From an uncultured Gammaproteobacteria bacterium (GTDB lineage: Bacteria > Patescibacteriota > Microgenomatia > Daviesbacterales > UBA10151), in the NCBI GenBank assembly GCA_964390595.1, contig CAYMIA010000006.1, positions 1 through 61,646 of the forward strand: 61,646 nucleotides of DNA, read 5' to 3'. The notes beneath the pieces are model-generated. The model ran no database searches, was not told where the DNA came from, and saw nothing but the letters and a program-made list of their open reading frames with translations. The position numbers and the translations under genes are program-made. Below are positions 52,279-59,462 of this stretch, one piece after another; positions within the stretch are counted from its first letter, which is position 1; every line of letters starts with the position of its first letter.

Positions 52279-53295
52279 ATGTTTAATTTTAGTAAAAGAA
52301 TCGGTATCGACTTAGGCACTGCCAACTCACTGGTCTATTTAGCTGGTGAAGGCATCGTCCTCAATGAACCCACAGTAGTGGCAGTTTCAACAGATGACAA
52401 CAAAGTCCTCGCTGTTGGCAATGAAGCCAAAGAGATGTTGGGAAGAACTCCCGGCAATATTGTTGCCACTAGACCAATGCGCGATGGTGTCATCGCTGAT
52501 TATGTTATCACCGAAGCGATGTTGCGCTACTTCATTGATAAGTTATGTGGCTACACGCGGATTTTTAAACCTGAAGTGATGGTTTGCGTGCCTGCCGGTG
52601 TTACCTCAGTCGAGCGCCGCGCAGTTCTAGATGCTACAGTTTCAGCTGGTGCTAAAACTGCTTATTTAATCGATGAACCTCTGGCTGCTGCCATTGGCTC
52701 AAATATTCCCATCGCCAATCCTTCTGGCAATATGATCGTTGACATTGGTGGCGGAACAGTTGAGGCTGCTGTGATCTGTTTGGGTGGGGTAGTAGTTCAC
52801 AACAGCGTTCGGATCGGAGGAAATAAAATTGATGAGGCAATTCAAAGCTATGTCCGGAAAAAATTTGGCCTAATTATCGGTGATCACCAAGCTGAACAGA
52901 TTAAAATCGTAGTTGGCACAGCTACCTACCCTAAACAATCTGAACTCAAAGAGATGGAAGTGCGGGGTAGAGATTCAACCAGTGGATTGCCCAAAACCAT
53001 TATTATTAGCTCAATTGATGCTCATGAAGCAATCTCTGAACCAATTAGAAAAATTATCACTGCAGTTAAAACAGTTCTTGAACAAACTCCACCAGAGCTG
53101 GCCTCAGATATTATCGACAAAGGCATAGTGATGTCTGGGGGAACTTCCATGCTCAACAACTTAGATAAGTTCATGACCGAACAAACTGGCGTTCCTTGCC
53201 ACACCGCTGAGTTTCCGCTAATGTCTGTTGCTCTAGGCACAGGTATGGCCTTAGAAAACCTCGATCTCTATAAGCGATCAGTGAGTAGAAAGTGA
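52279..53295 (+). CDS. mreB: Rod shape-determining actin homolog MreB
   Basis: IGIDLGTANSLVY, RPMRDGVIADY, DIGGGTVEAAV, GIVMSGGTSML. Confidence 0.95.
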   Translation: MFNFSKRIGIDLGTANSLVYLAGEGIVLNEPTVVAVSTDDNKVLAVGNEAKEMLGRTPGNIVATRPMRDGVIADYVITEAMLRYFIDKLCGYTRIFKPEVMVCVPAGVTSVERRAVLDATVSAGAKTAYLIDEPLAAAIGSNIPIANPSGNMIVDIGGGTVEAAVICLGGVVVHNSVRIGGNKIDEAIQSYVRKKFGLIIGDHQAEQIKIVVGTATYPKQSELKEMEVRGRDSTSGLPKTIIISSIDAHEAISEPIRKIITAVKTVLEQTPPELASDIIDKGIVMSGGTSMLNNLDKFMTEQTGVPCHTAEFPLMSVALGTGMALENLDLYKRSVSRK

Positions 53296-53631
53296 TTACT
53301 CCCTTGCTCTTAGATTAACTAGTCCTAAAGTTGTTGGCCAAACCATCCATTTGGTCTCTTGCCTTCTATTTGAATCTAGTGCGTCCACTTGTCTGTCAGA
53401 TAAACTATCTTCTAAAGTCTTATGAAGTCTAGCTGCTATTTGTTCAGCTTGATCTCTGGTTATTTCCCCTAATGAGACGAGTCTTGGTAAATAAAAAGTT
53501 TCAATCCCATGACCAAAAACTAAAGCCATGTCTAAGTCAGAAACCATAAATTCAAATTTACCACATAATCTCTCTGCATTACTCGGAACGTAAACCTCAC
53601 TGGCCATTTCCTTTGCTTCTTCTAGTGCCAT
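53296..53631 (-). CDS. Hypothetical protein (111 aa)
   Basis: Intact ORF with a good SD (AGGTGAT, 7 nt before the ATG). No recognisable motif. Its stop abuts the mreB stop. Confidence 0.5.
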   Translation of the reverse strand: MALEEAKEMASEVYVPSNAERLCGKFEFMVSDLDMALVFGHGIETFYLPRLVSLGEITRDQAEQIAARLHKTLEDSLSDRQVDALDSNRRQETKWMVWPTTLGLVNLRARE

Positions 53632-53705
53632 TTCAAAATCACCTACTTTCTGGGCTAGGGTCGAATTTAATCTTTCCTAATTTATTTGTCAATATTTCTA
53701 TAAAA

Positions 53706-53733
53706 ACGATACACGATTAACGATTTACGATAT
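53706..53733. repeat. Imperfect heptanucleotide tandem repeat (ACGATNN) x4 abutting the -10 box of the GT4 gene
   Basis: ACGATAC ACGATTA ACGATTT ACGATAT. The last unit overlaps TATACT at 53731-53736, which lies 6 nt upstream of ATG 53743. Confidence 0.7.
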
Positions 53734-53742
53734 ACTAGATAT

Positions 53743-54864
53743 ATGATCATTGGTTTTGATGGCTCAAGAGCCTTTGTTAAAGATAAAACAGGCACAGAAA
53801 ATTATTCCTATCAGCTTTTGGTGCACCTAGCTAAAATTGATAGCAAAAATAGCTATCTGGTTTATCTACGCCCTGGTAATCAGGTCAAAAGGGCAGAGTG
53901 GCCAGCTAATTTTAGCTTCAAAATGATAGAATATAACAGATTCTGGACTCAACTTGGTCTGGGATTACAAACCTTTAAGGATAAAATAGATCTGCTTTTT
54001 GTGAGTGCCCACACCTTGCCTTTGATTAAAAGACCTGGCTTAAAAACTGTGATGACAGTTCATGATTTAGGAGCAGAATATCTACCAGCAACTCATCAAC
54101 TCAAACAAAGACTCTACTTAAGGGGGATTACTAAGTTTCAACTTAAATCTGCCACCAAACTTATCGCTGTCTCCAAAGCCACCAAAAAAGATCTGATCAA
54201 GCGCTTGAGTCTTCCAGAAAAAAAGATCTCAGTTGTCTATGAAGGAGTTGATAGAGAGCTATTTAAGAGACAAAAAGATGATGTTGTAGATAGTATTACC
54301 AAGGAGTTTGATATAGAAAGAGAGAACTATTTTTTGTTTATTGGAACAATCCAACCCAGAAAAAATCTGGAGCGGTTAATCGAAAGCTTTAAGGGATATA
54401 AAGAAAAAACAGGCAGCAATATTAAATTAGTGATCGTTGGTGGTAAAGGTTGGAGAGCAGAAAAAATCTATGCTTTACCTAAAAAGTTAGGAATCGAAAG
54501 AGATGTTTTATTTCTAGGAAGAGTTGAAACAGACAAATTGCCTGCTCTTTTAAGTGGCGCCAAGGTCTTTGTTTTTCCCTCTCTTTTTGAAGGATTTGGT
54601 TTACCAATTTTAGAAGCCTTCAGTTGTGGTTGCCCAGTTTTAACATCCAACAGTTCATCAATGCCAGAGATAGCAGGAGGAGCCGCTATCTTGGTTGATC
54701 CTAAAAAGATAGACAGCATTTTGTCCGGGTTAACATTTATGGAAAACAAGCAAGTCAGATCTAGATTAATTGCTGATGGTTACAAACAACTCGCCAAGTT
54801 CTCCTGGGAGCAGTGTGCCAAAAATACCTTGTCGGTCTTAGAGGAGGTTAACTATGGCAGATAA
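53743..54864 (+). CDS. Family 4 (GT-B, Glycos_transf_1) glycosyltransferase
   Basis: FIGTIQPRKN, VIVGGKG, and FPSLFEGFGLPILEAFSCGCPVLTSNSSSMPEIAG (EX7E-type motif). Confidence 0.85.
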   Translation: MIIGFDGSRAFVKDKTGTENYSYQLLVHLAKIDSKNSYLVYLRPGNQVKRAEWPANFSFKMIEYNRFWTQLGLGLQTFKDKIDLLFVSAHTLPLIKRPGLKTVMTVHDLGAEYLPATHQLKQRLYLRGITKFQLKSATKLIAVSKATKKDLIKRLSLPEKKISVVYEGVDRELFKRQKDDVVDSITKEFDIERENYFLFIGTIQPRKNLERLIESFKGYKEKTGSNIKLVIVGGKGWRAEKIYALPKKLGIERDVLFLGRVETDKLPALLSGAKVFVFPSLFEGFGLPILEAFSCGCPVLTSNSSSMPEIAGGAAILVDPKKIDSILSGLTFMENKQVRSRLIADGYKQLAKFSWEQCAKNTLSVLEEVNYGR

Positions 54865-55660
54865 TTTAGAAAGCCGATATATTTTAGGGGTTAGGATAGA
54901 TAAAGTCACTCTAAACCAAGCATCTAAGGTAATTTGGTCTTGGATTGCAGAAAAAAGTACTAAATTGCATATAATTGTTACACCAAATTTTGAATTTTTG
55001 ATTAAGGCCTCAACTGATCCAGAGTTTAGGGAAATATTAAATACCGCAGATTTGAGTATCCCAGATAGTTCTAGAATCGGCTGGTTAAGGGATCAGTTGC
55101 AAGAAAAAAATCAACTCAAGAGAGTAGTAAAGTGGTTTACCTTCCCATTCTCCGCAGGCACCAGCTTCCCAGTCACAACTGGAATTGACCTCATGCTTAA
55201 GTTATGCGGGGAGGCGAGCGTTCAGGGCGCTACAATAGGCCTTTTAGGTGGAAAAGATCGGGTAGCAGAGCAAGCTGCCGAGTGCTTAAAAAAAAGCTAT
55301 CCCGAGCTCAAAATCAGCTTCGCTGAAAGTGGTGGTAATATTGACAAAGAAGGCAATTCCCGCACGACTCTGCTCAAACCCTGCAATATCTTGTTTACCG
55401 CATTCGGACAGGTCAAGCAGGAAAAATTCCTTGCAAGAAATAAGTCCAAACTAAACTGCCAAGTCGCGATGGGCGTGGGCGGAGCCTTTGATTATATCTC
55501 CGGGCAAATCCCAAGGGCGCCACTATTTTTAAGAAAAATTGGTCTAGAATGGCTCTTTAGATTAGTGGTAGAACCCTGGCGGATCAAACGCCAATTGGCA
55601 ATCTTCAAGTTTATTCTGAGAATTTTAATAGCTCCTCACTCATTAATCAATAATCATTAA
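54854..55660 (+). CDS. WecG/TagA/CpsF-family (GT26) glycosyltransferase
   Basis: ILGVRIDKVTLNQA, IIVTPNFEFLIKA, ADLSIPDSSRIGW, FGQVKQEKF, GLEWLFRLVVEPWR. Confidence 0.8.
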   Translation: MADNLESRYILGVRIDKVTLNQASKVIWSWIAEKSTKLHIIVTPNFEFLIKASTDPEFREILNTADLSIPDSSRIGWLRDQLQEKNQLKRVVKWFTFPFSAGTSFPVTTGIDLMLKLCGEASVQGATIGLLGGKDRVAEQAAECLKKSYPELKISFAESGGNIDKEGNSRTTLLKPCNILFTAFGQVKQEKFLARNKSKLNCQVAMGVGGAFDYISGQIPRAPLFLRKIGLEWLFRLVVEPWRIKRQLAIFKFILRILIAPHSLINNH

Positions 55661-55679
55661 TCGGCAATCAATATTATGC

Positions 55680-55685
55680 TACACT
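55680..55685 (+). promoter_or_regulatory. -10 box TACACT, 6 nt upstream of ATG 55692
   Basis: tatgcTACACTaaattaATG. Confidence 0.35.
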
Positions 55686-55691
55686 AAATTA

Positions 55692-56543
55692 ATGGATGAA
55701 GTTTTTTTAGGTTTTGATTGCGGTGGTACTAATTTGCGGGGAGGTTTAGTTGACCGTTCTGGCGATTTAAAATCATCAAAAGTTGTTGACTCTCCACTCC
55801 GAAATCCAGATAAAATTCAATCCACCTTTGCGACTTTAATCGATGAACTTTTGATGGGGACAACTTACACTAAAGCCAGTATCCAAGCAGTTGGTATTGG
55901 CACACCAGGTCCACTAGATGTAGAGAACGGTCAAATCCTGGTTTCTTCCAACTTAGGCAACAGCGGACCGATCAAAATAGTTGAACTTATTGAACCACTA
56001 GTTTATAGAAAAGTATATTTAGATAGAGATACTAACGTTGGATTAATGGGTGAGCAATGGTTGGGGGGAGCTCAAGGTCTTCAAAATGTCGTCCTGCTCA
56101 GTCTAGGTTCAGGCGTTGGCGGCGCCATTTTAAATAACGGTCAAATTGAACGGGGTGAACATGATCAAGCCGGTGAAATTGGCCACACCTATATCGAAAT
56201 ACCAAATACCAAATACCAAATACCAAATGTACCAGTCTGTGGGCTAGGTCATAAGGGCTGTCTGGAGGCTTTTATAAAATCTGCTAAAGATTTAGATGAA
56301 CTCGGGTTTTTTCTAGGCATCGGTTTGGCCAATGTCGTTGATATCTTCAATCCGGAAAAGATTCTCATCTCTGGAGGTCTGACCAAAAGAGGTGATTTTT
56401 TACCTCAGGCCAAAGAAACGATGAAACAATTTGGAATGAAACCAGCTGTTGACGAGGTGGCTGTTGAATATGCTAAGCTGGGAGAGGAAGCAGGAGTTAT
56501 CGGAGCTGCCAAAATAGCTATAGATACCACAAAAAAGCCATGA
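55692..56543 (+). CDS. ROK-family sugar kinase (glucokinase-like) with an expanded zinc-loop
   Basis: LGFDCGGTNLRGGLVD, GIGTPGPLD, GEIGHTYI...VCGLGHKGCLEAF. Confidence 0.8.
   Translation: MDEVFLGFDCGGTNLRGGLVDRSGDLKSSKVVDSPLRNPDKIQSTFATLIDELLMGTTYTKASIQAVGIGTPGPLDVENGQILVSSNLGNSGPIKIVELIEPLVYRKVYLDRDTNVGLMGEQWLGGAQGLQNVVLLSLGSGVGGAILNNGQIERGEHDQAGEIGHTYIEIPNTKYQIPNVPVCGLGHKGCLEAFIKSAKDLDELGFFLGIGLANVVDIFNPEKILISGGLTKRGDFLPQAKETMKQFGMKPAVDEVAVEYAKLGEEAGVIGAAKIAIDTTKKP
56201..56228. repeat. Perfect heptanucleotide tandem repeat (ACCAAAT) x4 inside the ROK kinase ORF
   Basis: Copies at 56201-07, 56208-14, 56215-21 and 56222-28 are identical, preceded by a partial AAAT. It encodes IPNTKYQIPN. 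Confidence 0.9.
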
Positions 56544-57052
56544 TTAAACAAATAACTGGTCAAGACCTCAAGTCAGTCTTAATGGATCCTAAAGGGGGAG
56601 TTTTAAAAGCTCCTTATTCAATCATCCCTTCTCCTGAAACCGAAGAGAATGTGACGATTATTTTATCCGGTAAAAACGGCTCTGAATACAATAAAACCAT
56701 TGGCTTTATCCAAAAATACCCAGCTGCACTCAAATATCGCTGCCTATATGGGCAAGGAGTAGTCATTATTCAAAGAAATGATGAAGAGGGCAGTGCTAAG
56801 GAGATTAGAGTCTCCAGCATTAGACCAGGCATGGATATTGAAGTCCCCTCAGGTTATGCTCACTCAATCAGCAATATTGGTAAAAGCTTTCTAGTTGTAG
56901 TTGATAACGCTCCCAAAGAAGATAAATATAAATTTGAAGATCCAATTCTCTCTCACAAAGGTTTAGCTTATTATGTCATTGATAAAAAAGGGGAAGTTGC
57001 TTTCGAGAAAAACCCCAATTACCTCTATCATCCCCAAATCTCCAACTACTAA
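56540..57052 (+). CDS. Cupin-type phosphoglucose isomerase homolog with substituted metal ligands
   Basis: TIILSGKNGSEYNKTIGFIQ fits the cupin-PGI motif Tx3Px3GxEx3TxGHxH, except P>S, H>F and H>Q. VPSGYAHSISNIG fits PPx3Hx3N. ATGA overlap with the ROK gene. Confidence 0.55.
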   Translation: MIKQITGQDLKSVLMDPKGGVLKAPYSIIPSPETEENVTIILSGKNGSEYNKTIGFIQKYPAALKYRCLYGQGVVIIQRNDEEGSAKEIRVSSIRPGMDIEVPSGYAHSISNIGKSFLVVVDNAPKEDKYKFEDPILSHKGLAYYVIDKKGEVAFEKNPNYLYHPQISNY

Positions 57053-57277
57053 TTTGGCTCTACAAAAACCTAATCTCAGTGACTTAGCAAATACCCTCAT
57101 ATAAGTGCCAATTTGCTACATTAGTAATGAAATTCAAAGAATACCAACTTTACGCTTCCACCTCCGAGGTGGCAATCTAAAACCATTTAAAAATGTAGAT
57201 ACAAAATTACACTCGAGCATGAAATTGTATCCCGCACAAACCATTGCTCGAGCAAAGAAAGTGCACACTACGCTATT

Positions 57278-57302
57278 AAAAAATCCCACCCTGAGGGTGG
57301 GA
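57278..57302 (-). terminator. Intrinsic terminator-like hairpin oriented for leftward transcription
   Basis: Minus strand reads TCCCACCC-TCA-GGGTGGGA followed by TTTTTT (8-bp GC-rich stem). Confidence 0.45.
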
Positions 57303-57327
57303 CCCAGATTAATCTTTCACCAGTTTT

Positions 57328-57356
57328 TTGACAGACCGCATTCTCTCTGATATGAT
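57328..57356 (+). promoter_or_regulatory. Candidate promoter TTGACA-N17-TATGAT for the 142-aa gene
   Basis: TTGACA at 57328-57333 and TATGAT at 57351-57356, 11 nt before ATG 57368. Confidence 0.5.
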
Positions 57357-57367
57357 TCAAAGCTAAG

Positions 57368-57796
57368 ATGCCAGAAAATCGTGAAGCCGGAGCATATGAA
57401 AGTTTTGAAGGAACAGCAAAATATCTACATATTCCCCAGCAAAACTGGGATAATCCCACAGTCAGAGCCTTTATTGAACTTCTAAACCGAGTAGTACAAC
57501 TACAAGAGGATCTATCTCAAGCTGATATAGATAGCTCATTTATACGTGTTCTGGGTGATCGCACAGGCGAGGTGACAAAGCGCTACATCGAAGCTATTGG
57601 GATGGATCCAGAACTCTCCGAACGATATAACAATGCCGACCTCCTCTTAATCGTGGTTAAAGAAATTCTCGAAGATGGCTTCCATGGATATCCAGCAAGA
57701 ACAAGTTATATGAAAGAAAAAATTAACCAGGCTATCCGTGGTTATGGAATGAGAGTAATAATGGATCCTGAAGCTGGGAAAGTTAACCACATGTAA
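57368..57796 (+). CDS. Hypothetical protein (142 aa)
   Basis: Intact ORF behind a near-consensus promoter. No recognisable motif. Its stop abuts the stop of the convergent HTH gene. Confidence 0.5.
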   Translation: MPENREAGAYESFEGTAKYLHIPQQNWDNPTVRAFIELLNRVVQLQEDLSQADIDSSFIRVLGDRTGEVTKRYIEAIGMDPELSERYNNADLLLIVVKEILEDGFHGYPARTSYMKEKINQAIRGYGMRVIMDPEAGKVNHM

Positions 57797-58006
57797 TTAA
57801 GCTACCTTCTGAGTTATTCCGAGTAACCAAAGCACCGCTTCTTTCTTATACCTTCTATCACCTCTGGAGTTGATCCTAATGGCAGGTAATTTGCCTCTTT
57901 TACCCCATCTTTTGATAGTTAGGGGGGAAACCCGCAAAACTTCTGCAACTTCTTTAACTGTTAGTAGATCAGGAAGATTCTCTAATGAAACTTTGTCATT
58001 TACCAT
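57797..58006 (-). CDS. Small excisionase/MerR-family HTH DNA-binding protein
   Basis: LLTVKEVAEVLRVSPLTIKRWGKRGKLPAIRINSRGDRRY has the same signature as the two HTH domains at the N-terminus of the 3025-aa protein. Confidence 0.75.
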   Translation of the reverse strand: MVNDKVSLENLPDLLTVKEVAEVLRVSPLTIKRWGKRGKLPAIRINSRGDRRYKKEAVLWLLGITQKVA

Positions 58007-58013
58007 ATATCTT

Positions 58014-58043
58014 TGTATATCATATCTTCTCAGAGAGTGTCAA
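58014..58043 (-). promoter_or_regulatory. Candidate promoter TTGACA-N18-TATACA, with the -10 box 7 nt from ATG 58006 (leaderless geometry)
   Basis: Minus strand: ATTGACA CTCTCTGAGAAGATATGA TATACA AAGATAT ATG. Confidence 0.5.
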
Positions 58044-58105
58044 TATCTCTGATGCAGTTTTAATTAAAAGGAAGGTCTTAATTAGATCAATCTATAAACA
58101 AGAAC

Positions 58106-58136
58106 AAAAAAAGAGGGCACCTTTTGGATACCCTCT
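58106..58136 (-). terminator. Intrinsic terminator downstream of rplL
   Basis: Minus strand: AGAGGGTATCCAAAAGGTGCCCTCT followed by TTTTTTT, about 40 nt after the rplL stop. Confidence 0.65.
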
Positions 58137-58176
58137 CAATTTTATATCCTTCGCTGATCGCTCAGGATGACAGGTT

Positions 58177-58740
58177 TTACTGCAACTCTACAGTTGCTCC
58201 TGCAGCTGTTAACTTCTCTTTAGCTTCGTTGGCTGTTTCCTTATTAACGCCCTCCAAAACTGGTTTTGGAGCAGCCTCAACTAGGTCTTTTGCTTCTTTC
58301 AACCCTAAGGTTGGAACGATCTCCCGGACTGCTTTGATAGCTCCAATTTTGTTAGCGCCTGCGTTTGTCAGGATAACATTAAATGAAGTTTGTTCCTCTG
58401 CTGCTTCACCATTACTACCAGCTGCTGGCGCACCAGCGGCTACAGCGGCAGGTGCTGCTGCAGTGACTCCAAATCTATCTTCAAGTGCATGAACTAAATC
58501 AGCTAATTCTAAAACAGATAACTTCTCAATTTGAGAAATAATATCCTCTAAGTTGGCTGAAACAGCCTTAGCTACTTTTTTTGGTTCCTCAGCTTTTGGC
58601 TCCTCAACAGGTGCCTCTGCTACTTCTACAGCTGCTTCTACAACTTCTTCTGCAACTTCAGCGGCTTGTTCTGCTTGATCAGCAGCCACTACAGCCTCTT
58701 CTGTTGCTTCTTGTACATCTTCTTTATTATCGTCTGCCAT
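58177..58740 (-). CDS. rplL: Ribosomal protein L7/L12 with a ~60-aa acidic N-terminal extension
   Basis: The canonical L12 sequence starts at [30 protein letters not shown] and ends at LKEAKDLVE...[15 protein letters not shown]. It is preceded by [55 protein letters not shown]. Confidence 0.9.
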   Translation of the reverse strand: MADDNKEDVQEATEEAVVAADQAEQAAEVAEEVVEAAVEVAEAPVEEPKAEEPKKVAKAVSANLEDIISQIEKLSVLELADLVHALEDRFGVTAAAPAAVAAGAPAAGSNGEAAEEQTSFNVILTNAGANKIGAIKAVREIVPTLGLKEAKDLVEAAPKPVLEGVNKETANEAKEKLTAAGATVELQ

Positions 58741-58821
58741 ATTGTTTTATCTACTCACCCCCCTTCGTAATTCGAATTTGATCCAATGCATAAGCACCTG
58801 GTAACATTTCGGTTTTCATAA

Positions 58822-59364
58822 TTATACCTCCATGCTCCCAGAAGCTTGCCTTTTGTCGTTTATTTGTGACAAAACGTAGACTAAATTACGCAAATTAGCG
58901 TTCAATACTCCGACAATTCCCTGAAGTGGTGCCGCCAAAATTCCAACCGTTTTGGCTCGAAGCTCATCTTTGCTTGGCAAAGATGATAGCTTGTTGATCA
59001 GATATTGATCCATATACTCACCATTTAAAAGCCCACCCTTAACTGAACCAATCTGGTTGGTTTTAAGCACTTTAGTTAAAGCTTTAATTGGGGTAATTTC
59101 ATCATCAAAGGCAAAAAGTGTGGCTGTTGGACCCTCCAAAGCTTCAGCACTCGCTTCCAGCGCCGCATTTTTAAAGGCAATCTTTAAAACATTATTTTTA
59201 GTGACAGTAAATTCAGCTCCAAGCGCGCGCAATTCCCGCCTCAGCTCAGAGAGCTGACTCATGGTTATACCTTTATAGTCAGTTAAAACTATGGATTTGG
59301 CATCTTGTAGCTTTTGGGTCAGTACCGCTACATCATCATGTTTTTGTTGTTTTGTTTTTGGCAT
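58822..59364 (-). CDS. rplJ: Ribosomal protein L10
   Basis: MPKTKQQKHDDVAVLTQKLQDAKSIVLTDYKGITMSQLSELRRELRALGAEFTVTKNN. ATG 59364 is preferred over the upstream start at 59397, which would include the leader hairpin. Confidence 0.9.
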   Translation of the reverse strand: MPKTKQQKHDDVAVLTQKLQDAKSIVLTDYKGITMSQLSELRRELRALGAEFTVTKNNVLKIAFKNAALEASAEALEGPTATLFAFDDEITPIKALTKVLKTNQIGSVKGGLLNGEYMDQYLINKLSSLPSKDELRAKTVGILAAPLQGIVGVLNANLRNLVYVLSQINDKRQASGSMEV

Positions 59365-59382
59365 TTTTGTTCCTCGGGCATT

Positions 59383-59405
59383 AAAAAACGCGCTCAAAGC
59401 GCGTT
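59383..59405 (-). terminator. Hairpin plus U-tract in the rplJ leader (attenuator or terminator of the upstream gene)
   Basis: Minus strand: AACGCGCT-TTG-AGCGCGTT followed by TTTTTT, 19 nt upstream of the rplJ ATG. Confidence 0.55.
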
Positions 59406-59462
59406 ACCGCCTCGGTATGATTTACTCCACAAAAGCGGATACATACTGTCTCAAGCTTGTTT

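Noticed and set aside
57105-57459. Two overlapping ORFs (81 aa on +, 63 aa on -) in the 57.05-57.37 kb spacer
   Set aside because: They are mutually overlapping and begin with non-ATG or context-less starts. They span strong palindromes and the promoter of the 57368 gene, so they are more likely non-coding.
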